NCBI GenBank assembly: GCA_045577175.1
Contig: JAZNHT010000037.1
Location: 19,328 to 83,327, forward strand
Origin: Eubacteriales bacterium
GTDB taxonomy: Bacteria > Bacillota > Clostridia > Oscillospirales > CAG-272
Length of the DNA stretch: 64,000 bases
Direction of reading: 5' to 3'
This document shows, piece by piece, positions 28,663 through 37,970 of the stretch; positions within the stretch are counted from its first letter, which is position 1, and each line of letters begins with the position of its first letter. The translations under genes and the position numbers were made by a program. The notes under the pieces are model-generated. The model was not told where the DNA came from. It was given only the letters and a program-made list of their open reading frames with translations, and searched no databases.

Positions 28663-28750
28663 ACAAAAACCTCTGCTATATTGTATGTTCATAAGGCTAT
28701 CAGATTATAACACATAAATGCTATCTATGCATCGGAAATACAAAGAATGA

Positions 28751-28786
28751 AAAGACATAACGGAAATAAATCCGCTATGTCTTTTT
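28751..28786 (-). terminator. intrinsic terminator downstream of the phosphofructokinase gene
   Basis: AGACATAaCGG-aaataaat-CCGcTATGTCT with T/A-rich flanks on both sides. Confidence 0.6.
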
Positions 28787-28796
28787 GTATTACCGA

Positions 28797-30065
28797 TCAG
28801 TCAAACACAAAGTGCACGGGAATGCCGCCGTTCATGATAATCTTCGGCTCACCGATAATCAGCGGTGCAATATAGCGCAGGCACTCGTCCGTTACGTTGT
28901 TCTTCTTCTCGTTGAGGAATTTATCCGGCACCTTCTGCTCGCCGTTTGCGATGTTCTGCACGTTCAAGGGCTTATAGTAAACGGAGTATCCGTCTGCCTT
29001 TTCATCACGCAGGATGGCGATCATGCATCCGGTTTCGCCGGCAACAGCGGCAGCGATACCGGCAGCACCTGCCTCGGCTGCCTCGGTGAGATCGGTCTGA
29101 GACGCAAAATGCGCGCCGCAGCGCTGCGGAAGATTCAGCTCGATCGAGCGAACCTTGCATCCAAATTCAGCCTTTGCGGCCTGCTCAAGCGTCTTAGCTG
29201 TACCGGCAAGGTACTTGTGACCGAATACGTCCTTGACACCGCTCTGATCTGCCTCACCGACATAGGTGCCGTTGGCAAAGCGGATACCCTCGGAAACAGC
29301 AACAACAATGTTCGGCTTCTTCTTGAACAGCTCACGGAGGTCCTCGAAAAATGCCTCCATAGAGAACGCCGCCTCGGGGAGATAGACGAGATCGGGTGCA
29401 TAACCGCCGAGAACGCGCGGAAGAGCCGCAGAAGCGGTCAGCCAGCCAGCATCACGTCCCATGATCTCAACAATCGTAACAGCGGGAACGGTGTAAACCG
29501 CGCAGTCGCGGACGATCTCCTGCATCTCGGTCGCGATAAACTTCGCAGCGGAGCCGTAGCCGGGCGCGTGATCCGTGCCGGGGAGGTCGTTGTCAATCGT
29601 TTTCGGCAGACCGATGACGCGCATCTCATAGTGGTGATCTGCTACGTAGCGGCTGAGCTTTGCCGCGGTATCCATGGAATCGTTACCGCCGATGTAGAAG
29701 AAATAACGGATGTTGTTCTCTTTGAAGCGAGCAATCAGCTTCTCGAAAAATTCAGGGTCCTTCTCGGGATCGGGGAGCTTTTTGCGGCAGGAGCCGAGCG
29801 CAGATGCAGGTGTCTGCGTGAGAAGCGTGAGCTTCTCCTCATCCGTTGTGCCGTCCGCTTTCGTGAAGATCTCGCTGAGGTTAATCATGCGACCGTCGAT
29901 GAAGCCTTCGATACCGTTTCTCATACCGTAAATTTCGGTAATTGTGTCTTTGAACTCCTCGGAAAGTGCGGCGCGGATTACGCCTGCGAGTGTTGCGTTG
30001 ATAACAGCGGTCGGTCCGCCGGACTGTCCGACGACAGCGGCGCCGATAAGTTTGTTTTCAGCCAT
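28797..30065 (-). CDS. pfp: 6-phosphofructokinase, PfkA family, probably pyrophosphate-dependent
   Basis: GGPTAVINA, YIGGNDS and GLPKTIDNDL motifs. The Asp/Lys pattern at the two positions that distinguish PPi- from ATP-PFKs suggests PPi dependence. 422 aa. Confidence 0.8.
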   Translation of the reverse strand: MAENKLIGAAVVGQSGGPTAVINATLAGVIRAALSEEFKDTITEIYGMRNGIEGFIDGRMINLSEIFTKADGTTDEEKLTLLTQTPASALGSCRKKLPDPEKDPEFFEKLIARFKENNIRYFFYIGGNDSMDTAAKLSRYVADHHYEMRVIGLPKTIDNDLPGTDHAPGYGSAAKFIATEMQEIVRDCAVYTVPAVTIVEIMGRDAGWLTASAALPRVLGGYAPDLVYLPEAAFSMEAFFEDLRELFKKKPNIVVAVSEGIRFANGTYVGEADQSGVKDVFGHKYLAGTAKTLEQAAKAEFGCKVRSIELNLPQRCGAHFASQTDLTEAAEAGAAGIAAAVAGETGCMIAILRDEKADGYSVYYKPLNVQNIANGEQKVPDKFLNEKKNNVTDECLRYIAPLIIGEPKIIMNGGIPVHFVFD

Positions 30066-30242
30066 AAGTATACCCTTTCATTCTATTTCAATGGATACAA
30101 TAATTATATAGCAGATTTCGCCATATGTCAAGGTTTACAGAGGGAATAATCGAAAAACATCCCATATTTCACCGCACACTCTGACAGATTTCGCGGCGCG
30201 GATACAGTATAATGTACGTAGTACCGAACAAGGAGGAAAAAG

Positions 30243-30581
30243 ATGAAAACTGAAACGTGCGGTGTAACCATACACTGCAAAAACGATCGAATGGAGTGCG
30301 TAATCGGCGGTGACATCGATCACCACAGCGCACGGTGTATTCGTATGAAGATTGATGAGGAAATATACCGCGTCCGTCCGCGCACGCTTGTGCTGGATCT
30401 CGCCCGCGTAGAGTTTATGGACAGCTCCGGACTCGGGTTGATTCTCGGACGCTTTTCCAAAGCATCGGAGATCGGTGCGGAGTGCGTACTCCAAAATCCA
30501 AGCGGTAATGTGATGAAAATTTTGGATGTAGCCGGTATCGGACGGCTGATCCGCATTGAAAGAAAGAAGGAGAATGTATGA
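30243..30581 (+). CDS. spoIIAA: anti-sigma F factor antagonist (STAS domain)
   Basis: STAS fold with the phospho-serine motif FMDSSGLG. It is first in the spoIIA-type operon. Confidence 0.9.
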   Translation: MKTETCGVTIHCKNDRMECVIGGDIDHHSARCIRMKIDEEIYRVRPRTLVLDLARVEFMDSSGLGLILGRFSKASEIGAECVLQNPSGNVMKILDVAGIGRLIRIERKKENV

Positions 30582-31054
30582 GTATGGATGCCGAAAAAAA
30601 GCAGCGAGGGAGAAGGCGGGCACAGAATGAGGTGCGGATGATTCTTCCCTCTCACTCCGTAAACGAATCATACGCACGGTCGGCGGCGGCGGTTTTTGTG
30701 TCGCAGATCAATCCGACTGTCACGGAGCTATCTGACATTAAATGTGCCGTATCAGAAGCGGTGACTAACTGCATCGTACATGGGTACCGTGATGTAATCG
30801 GCATGATCTACATAACGATGCGTCTTTATGAAAATCGGGAGTTCCGTATCGAGATTAAGGATAAAGGGTGTGGGATTCTCAACATAGCCGAAGCGATGCA
30901 GCCTCTGTATACAACGGACAAAGAAAACGAGCGCAGCGGTATGGGATTTACGATAATGGAGAACTTTATGGATACGCTGAAGGTCACGTCGGGAAAAAGC
31001 GGCACGAAGGTTGTCATGAGTAAAAAGCTCTCCCCTCTGCCGACAGTCCGATAA
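30578..31054 (+). CDS. spoIIAB: anti-sigma F factor (serine protein kinase)
   Basis: N-box EAVTNCIVHG, G1 DKGCGI, G2 GMGFTIM. ATGA overlap with spoIIAA. Confidence 0.9.
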   Translation: MSMDAEKKQRGRRRAQNEVRMILPSHSVNESYARSAAAVFVSQINPTVTELSDIKCAVSEAVTNCIVHGYRDVIGMIYITMRLYENREFRIEIKDKGCGILNIAEAMQPLYTTDKENERSGMGFTIMENFMDTLKVTSGKSGTKVVMSKKLSPLPTVR

Positions 31055-31058
31055 CACA

Positions 31059-31799
31059 ATGTCGGAAACAAAAACAGACTTGCGTTATGCGGAAAATGCT
31101 CGCTATCTGAAGCTGGCGGCGGAAGGCGATGAGGCTGCCACCGCATATCTCATGGAGGCAAACGGCGGTCTCGTGCGCGGACTTGCGGCACGGTTTCGCG
31201 GTCGAGGGACGGATTTCGAAGATCTTGTTCAGATCGGAAACATCGGTATGCTGAAAGCAATCCGCAGCTTTGATTTAACACGTGGGACGGCGTTTTCCAC
31301 CTATGCCGTTCCGCTGATTATCGGAGAGATTCGCAGGCATCTTCGCGATGACGGACTTATCAAAGTCGGAAGGCGGCAAAAGCAGCTCGGCGCATCGATT
31401 TTGCGTGCGCGTGAGATATTCACGGCGGAAAACGGGCGCGAGCCGCAGATTCACGAGCTTGCCGAGCAGTTCGGCGTGAGTGATACCGAAGCGGCACTGT
31501 CTCTCGAAGCGATTTCTCCCGTTCACTCGATTTCAGAAACGGTCGGAGACGGCGAGAACTCGTTTTCGCTTGAGAAAATTATTGCCGCTGAGGATGTCAT
31601 CGAGAAACGTACAGACCAAATCGCCTTGCGTGAATCGATAGAATCACTGCCGATTTTGTGGAGAAAAATTATATTTCTCCGTTATTTCCGCGAATTGTCC
31701 CAGCAGCAGGTCGCGGATGAGCTTGGTCTGACACAGGTTAAGGTATCCAGGGAGGAGAAAAAAATTGTCGCGGCTCTGCGTAACGAATTAACAAAATAA
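31059..31799 (+). CDS. sigF: RNA polymerase sporulation sigma factor F
   Basis: Sigma-70 regions 2-4 and the HTH SQQQVADELGLTQVKVSREEKK. It sits after spoIIAA-AB. Confidence 0.9.
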   Translation: MSETKTDLRYAENARYLKLAAEGDEAATAYLMEANGGLVRGLAARFRGRGTDFEDLVQIGNIGMLKAIRSFDLTRGTAFSTYAVPLIIGEIRRHLRDDGLIKVGRRQKQLGASILRAREIFTAENGREPQIHELAEQFGVSDTEAALSLEAISPVHSISETVGDGENSFSLEKIIAAEDVIEKRTDQIALRESIESLPILWRKIIFLRYFRELSQQQVADELGLTQVKVSREEKKIVAALRNELTK

Positions 31800-31830
31800 G
31801 GGCTGTTGCTTTTGCAACAGCCCTCGTTTT
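31799..31830. terminator. bidirectional intrinsic terminator after sigF
   Basis: AGGGCTGTTGC-tttt-GCAACAGCCCT-cgtttt. Confidence 0.85.
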
Positions 31831-33937
31831 ATCTGTCTCTGAAAATCTCAAGATCTTTATAATACACAATGGTAACGTTTGTGAAATAGGCGTTGATGAT
31901 CTGTTCGTAATCGTAGCCAAATTCACCGAGATCGTTCGCACCGTGCTGGCTCATGCCGGCACCGTGTCCCCATCCTTTGCCGACAAATATAAAATTCTCA
32001 GGCGAGGACGCAGTTTCCGTTGCAGCAGTGGTGTGTACCGTATACTCCTTGACCGTCTGCGGATGCGTGATCGGTCCCGTTACAGGTTCCGGCTCCGCAA
32101 CAGTCGGCGGTTTGAGATTTCCGCTTGCATAGGCAGAGGCATTTTCCGCCGTAAGCACAAGTGCCGTTTCTCCGCTGAGGACGGTTTCGCCGGATGCAGT
32201 GAGAACAGGGGCATTGGAAAGTGTCGTCAAAACCGATGCTTGAGCCTGAATGACCGAGATAAGATTGGCGGTTTGTACGAATCCGTCCGAGGTTACATCG
32301 GCAGACGGAATTACAGTCGGACCGAGTACCTGTTTTTGCGTGGCATTGTCAATAACAATGTCACCGAGAATCTCAACAGTTTCAACGGTGTAGTCAACAC
32401 TTCCCTGTCCTACGACAAAGTTTGCGCTTTTGAGATACGCGGAAAGCCCGGTACGGACACCGTCCGTGTTGTTCAGTGTGATCGAGGCACCGTTGTTGGC
32501 AGTAATGCGAAGTGTTTTTACATAGGTTGAGTTGGTCGCGTAAGCAATCGGCTCAACTGCGGTGATATAGCTGCCGCCGGAAAGCGCGCTGTATCCTTTT
32601 GTGTTGACGAGATAATTGTAAAGCTCGGTCGGCGAGACCTCAACCTTCCAGAATCCGTTGTAGTGGTCGGACTCCGTGTACCTTTCCCACGGTGTCTGAC
32701 GCCCTACGAGATACTCTTTATTGCTTCCGCCCCACACTTCATTGATGCTGACGGTACACCCGCCGCAGCTGGAGGAGTAATAGGTGGACGCGATCTTTCC
32801 GTTGTATTCGATAATCAGTCCGTGTGTGCGTGTGGTCGCTTCGATGACCGTATCATTCACGCGGGCGGCACCGTGATATGCCTGACAATGGGAGGCGTTG
32901 CACAGATCGAAGCCGTGGGCGGACTGGTGTCGATTCAGAGAGCTTGCGGCATACGAACGAGCGGCGATGGCAAATGCACTCTGCGTTTCGATCTCCCAGG
33001 AAGGGCTGATCTCATACGGGAGAACGCCCTGCACATACTGATCGAGCGTCAAAACATTGACTACAGCTATGCCGTTTGCTGTTTCGGAGATGTGCCTCTT
33101 ATAAGAAAAAACACCGTCATAGACATTGTTGGCAGGTGATTTTATGTAATTCGTTTTGCTGCCGGTCTGAATGGCGGACAAGCCAAGCGTCGTGCCGTCG
33201 GATGTATCATAGGAAAACAGAAGCCGATTTGAGGACGGTTCAATCAGAACGACAGATGTTTCGGACGGTTCCGTCACGTATGCAGCGTAAATCGGCAAAT
33301 ACTGCGCGATAACGGGAAGCATTGCATCTGCGTCGGCGTATGTAACGAAGTTTCCGACGCGAATGCGGAGGACTCCGCCAAAGTAAGAGGGGAACGCATA
33401 GAGTCCGGCAGGACTAAGCACAGCATTGAGCATATCGATCTGCTGCGAGAGAGAGGATACGTCAAAAACAGAAAAATCAGACAGGAACTCAACATGATAC
33501 CCACCGATAACAGCGGAATACGGATCGGACGTTTCGGAATATCCGTCCGAGGTGTTCACAAGATTGGCATCGGCGGCAACGGTTACCGTTGTTTCGGGAA
33601 TCTGCCAGAAAGGGACAAAATTGAAAACACCGTCAGATAGCGGTTGAGAGCCGAGCGTGTATCCGGCCGGTGTTGTTGTCTGAAAACTTTTCGGCACTCC
33701 ATCGGCGTATTTGAGTCCAATGCGAATGTTAATATCATCAACAAGGGCACCGCCCTGTATCGGTGAAACGGAATATTCGGAAGCAGATGAAGAAAAAACC
33801 AAAATAGAGATAAGATAATACGCAGTGCTCGCAATCATCAAAAAGGCAAGAAACCCTGCAAAAATCCGTACAAGCAGCTTCGTGCGTCGCTCGCGTGCCG
33901 AGCCGTACTTTTCCTTACTGTTTTTCAGATCACTCAA
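31829..33937 (-). CDS. SpoIID/LytB domain-containing membrane-anchored protein (702 aa)
   Basis: N-terminal TM helix. Central SpoIID motifs are YVQGVLPYEI, AARSYAAS, CNASHCQAYHG and YYSSSCGG. TTG start overlaps the upstream gene by 8 nt. Confidence 0.8.
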   Translation of the reverse strand: MSDLKNSKEKYGSARERRTKLLVRIFAGFLAFLMIASTAYYLISILVFSSSASEYSVSPIQGGALVDDINIRIGLKYADGVPKSFQTTTPAGYTLGSQPLSDGVFNFVPFWQIPETTVTVAADANLVNTSDGYSETSDPYSAVIGGYHVEFLSDFSVFDVSSLSQQIDMLNAVLSPAGLYAFPSYFGGVLRIRVGNFVTYADADAMLPVIAQYLPIYAAYVTEPSETSVVLIEPSSNRLLFSYDTSDGTTLGLSAIQTGSKTNYIKSPANNVYDGVFSYKRHISETANGIAVVNVLTLDQYVQGVLPYEISPSWEIETQSAFAIAARSYAASSLNRHQSAHGFDLCNASHCQAYHGAARVNDTVIEATTRTHGLIIEYNGKIASTYYSSSCGGCTVSINEVWGGSNKEYLVGRQTPWERYTESDHYNGFWKVEVSPTELYNYLVNTKGYSALSGGSYITAVEPIAYATNSTYVKTLRITANNGASITLNNTDGVRTGLSAYLKSANFVVGQGSVDYTVETVEILGDIVIDNATQKQVLGPTVIPSADVTSDGFVQTANLISVIQAQASVLTTLSNAPVLTASGETVLSGETALVLTAENASAYASGNLKPPTVAEPEPVTGPITHPQTVKEYTVHTTAATETASSPENFIFVGKGWGHGAGMSQHGANDLGEFGYDYEQIINAYFTNVTIVYYKDLEIFRDR

Positions 33938-34514
33938 TGGTATAAGCCCCCCGTACCATAATGAACGCGGTTTCGGATGTCACAAGCACACCGCGACCGT
34001 CTGCTCGCGGAACAAGCAAAAGATGGTTTGCAGTAATCGGAACACCGTGCGAGAGATCCTTGGCTCCGGTGAGGTCGGAAATTCCTCCGAGGGAGTTGGC
34101 ATCGAGAATAACACAAGCAGTACCGGCACGAAGGATCAGCTCGCAGGACTCACCGCACATGATCTTTTGACCGAACGAAAGCTGCAAAACGGTAAACGTA
34201 TAGCTCGCATCCGATGAGGAGGAAGGCTCCGTGTCAACTGGCGTCTGCGTTTCCGGTCCCGTAACGGGTGCTGTATCCGTTTCGGTGGGAATTTTCTCAA
34301 GGTTGTCCACTTTAGTTTCGAGATTTGTGACTCTCGTCAGAAGGTCGGTAAGCTGCGGATCGATCTCCGTTGCCTTGAACTGCTTGAGATAACTGAGAGA
34401 AATCAGCGGATCGCTCGTTCCGTCGTAGGCGGAGACCGCAACAGCGGCGGTCAACAAAGACAAAACCAACGCAAGAGAAAGAAGAACGGTTTTTGTTTTT
34501 CTTGTGTTTTTCAT
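33930..34514 (-). CDS. hypothetical membrane-anchored or secreted protein coupled to the SpoIID-domain gene
   Basis: N-terminal hydrophobic helix (VLLSLALVLSLLTAAVAV), a short coiled segment, a Thr/Pro/Glu linker and a C-terminal beta domain. The ATG at 34514 is preferred over the TTG at 34535. Confidence 0.6.
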   Translation of the reverse strand: MKNTRKTKTVLLSLALVLSLLTAAVAVSAYDGTSDPLISLSYLKQFKATEIDPQLTDLLTRVTNLETKVDNLEKIPTETDTAPVTGPETQTPVDTEPSSSSDASYTFTVLQLSFGQKIMCGESCELILRAGTACVILDANSLGGISDLTGAKDLSHGVPITANHLLLVPRADGRGVLVTSETAFIMVRGAYTIE

Positions 34515-34665
34515 ATACAATTCCTGTTCTTTCAAAATTCAGAGCGTGCGCTCATAAGTATCACTACTATACATTATACATAGAATCCAAAAAAAATCAA
34601 GTCAAAAATGGTTACATATGATACATACAGTCACTTTTATGCAATTTTGCCATCAAAAGTGCCGG

Positions 34666-36900
34666 TTATTCGAGCGAAAGCTGCTTCTTGCCGGATTCGA
34701 CAGAGGCAAGCGTTACGCCGGCAGCAGGGATCTTGATTTTTTTGCACTTGGATGCTTCGGCGAACGCGGTGATCGACTCGCCGCTCACTGCCGCAGTAAT
34801 CCGCTGTCCTTTTTTGAGAGAAAACAGCGAGACACCGGAGGATGTTCTTGTACTCATTTCGGGCACAAGGTTTGAGCGTATGAGGATCGCCTTACCGCCG
34901 TCGGAAATCATGAGAATATCGATCGGATCAATCTCGTAGAAAGCGGCGACAATCGGTGAGGAGGCACTGAAAGCCCCGCTGAGCTTGCGTCGGTTGGATT
35001 TCGTCTCGTAGGCGGAGACGGGAACACGCACGCCTTTTCCGTTCTCAAAAATGAAGACAACATGATGTTTCGGATTGTATTCGGTAAGGGCTTTTGCCAT
35101 GATGGGTAGTTCCCCGTCGTCAAATTTAAGGAAGGCGGGTAAATAATCACCGAGCGCGGATGCTTTCGTGTTGGTGAAATCATCGAGCTTTGCTTTATAC
35201 GCCTGCGCACCGTTTGTGAACACGAGCAGCTCGGCACGGTTTTCCGTATCCTCGCTGCTCGCGATAACGTCGCCGTCCTTGAGCTTTTGCTCATCACTTC
35301 CGCGCAGAGACTGGTGCGTGATCTTTTTGAAATATCCCTCCCGTGTGAGTACGATACGGACGTCGTAATTCTCAACGGCAGTCTCTTCCTTCACGGCAAC
35401 GATGTCCTCCGCATAGATGAGCTGCGTTTGACGCGGTTTCGCATACTTCTTCTTGATGTCGGCAAGCTGTTTTGCGATGTATGCCTTCTGCTTCAGCTCG
35501 TCTCCGATCAGTGCTTCCAACTCGGCAATCTCCTGCTGGAGAGATTCGATCTCCTTGATTCTGCCGATGATATACTCACGGTTGAGGTGGCGGAGCTTGA
35601 TTTCCGCGATGTATTCCGCTTGTATCTGATCGATTTTGAATCCGACCATAAGATTCGGTACAACGTCGGATTCCTTCTCCGTCTCGCGGACGATGCGGAT
35701 TGCCTTGTCAATATCGAGCAGAATTTTCCCGAGACCGCGGAGAAGATGGAGCTTATCCTTCTTTTTCGCGAGATCGTAAGTGAACTCACGGATGAGACAG
35801 TCACGGCGGAAGCGGATCCACTCATGCAGGATTCCCATAACGCCGAGCTGACGCGGCGCGTGGTCAATCAGCACGTTGAAGTTGCAGGAGAAGCTGTCCT
35901 CAAGTGTTGTGAGCTTGTAGAGCTTCGCCATTACCGCATCGGGATCGGCACCGCGGCGAAGATCGATCGTAATGAGCCGCTGACCGTTTTTGTCAATCGA
36001 GTTCATGCAGTCCGTAATCTCTTTAATCTTGCCGTCGTGCACGAGATCGCGGATCGTTTTGATGATCGTATCCACGACCGTGGAATACGGAATTTGCACA
36101 ATATCGATGGAGTTGTTCTTTTTGTCATAAGTATACCGCGCGCGCATACGGAACGAGCCGCGTCCCGTCTCGAAAATTTCTCGCATCTGCTCACGGTCGT
36201 AAATGAGCTGTGCCCCTGTGGAGAAATCGGGGGCTTTGATAATGTCGAGCATTTTATCGACGGTAGTCTTCGGGTTTTTCAGAAGCGCGATCGTGCCGTC
36301 GCAGATTTCGCCAAGGTTGAAGGAACAGATTTGCGATGCCATACCGACTGCGATGCCCATGTTCGGTGAGACGAGAATATTCGGAAACGTCGTCGGCAGG
36401 AGAGACGGCTCCTTTGTCGTGTTGTCGTAGTTCGGAACCATATCGACCGCATTTTTATCGATGCCGGAGAAAAGCTCCGCGCAGATCGGATCGAGCTTCG
36501 CCTCGGTATAACGGGAAGCGGAAAAAGCATCGTTGCTGTAATGCTTGCCGAAGCTACCCTTTGAGTCAATGAACGGGTGCAGGAGCGCTTCGTTTCCCTT
36601 TGTAAGGCGGACGAGTGTTTCGTAAATCGCCATATCGCCGTGCGGATTGAGCTCCATTGTGGCGCCGACAATCTTCGCGCTTTTGACACGGGGACCGGAC
36701 ATAAGTCCCATTTTATACATCGTATAGAGCAGCTTACGGTGCGACGGTTTGAAGCCGTCGATCTCCGGGATCGCACGGGAGATGATTACGCTCATGACGT
36801 AGGGCATGTAGTTTTTTTCAATCGTCTCGGTGATCGGTTGATTCTGAATCTCCGCCAAGGTCTCCTCGGAAACCGGGACGGGTACTTTCTTCTTAGCCAT
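34666..36900 (-). CDS. type IIA DNA topoisomerase subunit A (ParC/GyrA family)
   Basis: Active-site SASRYTEAKL (catalytic Tyr), N-terminal YMPYVMSVIISRAIP and a C-terminal beta-pinwheel-like region. 744 aa. Confidence 0.88.
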   Translation of the reverse strand: MAKKKVPVPVSEETLAEIQNQPITETIEKNYMPYVMSVIISRAIPEIDGFKPSHRKLLYTMYKMGLMSGPRVKSAKIVGATMELNPHGDMAIYETLVRLTKGNEALLHPFIDSKGSFGKHYSNDAFSASRYTEAKLDPICAELFSGIDKNAVDMVPNYDNTTKEPSLLPTTFPNILVSPNMGIAVGMASQICSFNLGEICDGTIALLKNPKTTVDKMLDIIKAPDFSTGAQLIYDREQMREIFETGRGSFRMRARYTYDKKNNSIDIVQIPYSTVVDTIIKTIRDLVHDGKIKEITDCMNSIDKNGQRLITIDLRRGADPDAVMAKLYKLTTLEDSFSCNFNVLIDHAPRQLGVMGILHEWIRFRRDCLIREFTYDLAKKKDKLHLLRGLGKILLDIDKAIRIVRETEKESDVVPNLMVGFKIDQIQAEYIAEIKLRHLNREYIIGRIKEIESLQQEIAELEALIGDELKQKAYIAKQLADIKKKYAKPRQTQLIYAEDIVAVKEETAVENYDVRIVLTREGYFKKITHQSLRGSDEQKLKDGDVIASSEDTENRAELLVFTNGAQAYKAKLDDFTNTKASALGDYLPAFLKFDDGELPIMAKALTEYNPKHHVVFIFENGKGVRVPVSAYETKSNRRKLSGAFSASSPIVAAFYEIDPIDILMISDGGKAILIRSNLVPEMSTRTSSGVSLFSLKKGQRITAAVSGESITAFAEASKCKKIKIPAAGVTLASVESGKKQLSLE

Positions 36901-36911
36901 AAATTCCTCTT

Positions 36912-37970
36912 TCAGTTGGATTCGGCTTCACTGCCGGACACATGTACAATCTTGCCGCCGGATGCACGGATCAGTCGGTTATATAGGGCAAGATATTCGC
37001 CCGATGCGGGCGGGAGCTTGATATAGACACGTGTACAGCCGATCTCATCGGCGTGACGCAAAAGGGTAAACAAGGAGTGTGACTGTGCCGCCGCACCGGC
37101 ATTTACACCGGCACTGAGGACGGAGCATCCTGTAAACCTGTCTGCAAGATCATCAGAAACGGCGACCGCCTCGCTCGGTGTGAGGTTCGCCTTTACAAAT
37201 GCTTCAAAAGCATCATCGGATGCGTCAACAAGAACGACCTCGGCATTCGGTGCGTAGTGCTTGTATTTCATTCCCGGGGAGAGGGGCTTGTCCCCCGCTT
37301 CCGACGGATCGGTTACCGCACGGGCGATTTCAACCGTACCGCACACACGCGCAAGCATGATCTCCGTAACTGCACCGGGACGCAGGATGATGCACCCGTC
37401 ATCCGTCAGTTTGATGACAGTGGATTCCAGTCCGATCTCACACGGACCGCCGTCCAGGATCATCTCAATCCGCCCGTCCATATCATAAAGGACGTGCTGT
37501 GCCGTTGTCGGCGATGGCGAGCCCGAGCGGTTGGCGCTCGGCGCCGCGATCGGTACGCCTGCCGCACGAATCAGCGCCCGTGCGAACGGATGGGACGGAC
37601 AGCGCACAGCGACGGAATCAAGTCCGCCCGTTACGCTCGGCGGAACGGTATCCTTTTTCGGCATGATGACGGTAAGCGGACCGGGCATGAATGCCTCTGC
37701 GAGCTTATAATACAGTGGCGGAACATGTGCGATCGCTTCCGCCTCGCAAGGCTCTGCCACATGCACGATCAGAGGATTGTCGGACGGTCGTCCCTTTGCG
37801 GCATAGATCTTCCCTGCCGCCTCCGCGCTGAACGCAGACGCGCCGAGACCGTATACTGTCTCGGTGGGCATACCGACCAGACCGCCGTTTCGGATGATTT
37901 CCGCGGCACGGGCAATCTGCGCTGCATCCGTATCGGGAGCTATGCCGAGCTTTACATATTCGGTTATCAC
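36912..37970 (-). CDS. tsaC: L-threonylcarbamoyladenylate synthase (Sua5/YwlC type)
   Basis: A YrdC domain (PTETVYGLGA) plus a C-terminal Sua5 domain. 352 aa. Confidence 0.88.
   Translation of the reverse strand: MITEYVKLGIAPDTDAAQIARAAEIIRNGGLVGMPTETVYGLGASAFSAEAAGKIYAAKGRPSDNPLIVHVAEPCEAEAIAHVPPLYYKLAEAFMPGPLTVIMPKKDTVPPSVTGGLDSVAVRCPSHPFARALIRAAGVPIAAPSANRSGSPSPTTAQHVLYDMDGRIEMILDGGPCEIGLESTVIKLTDDGCIILRPGAVTEIMLARVCGTVEIARAVTDPSEAGDKPLSPGMKYKHYAPNAEVVLVDASDDAFEAFVKANLTPSEAVAVSDDLADRFTGCSVLSAGVNAGAAAQSHSLFTLLRHADEIGCTRVYIKLPPASGEYLALYNRLIRASGGKIVHVSGSEAESN

Noticed and set aside
30066-30242. Sigma-H promoter or Spo0A boxes upstream of spoIIAA
   Set aside because: I looked for TGNCGAA 0A boxes and an AGGAWWT-N14-GAAT sigma-H pattern. 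I found only partial matches (AGGGAATAA, AATCGAA), which are too weak to annotate.
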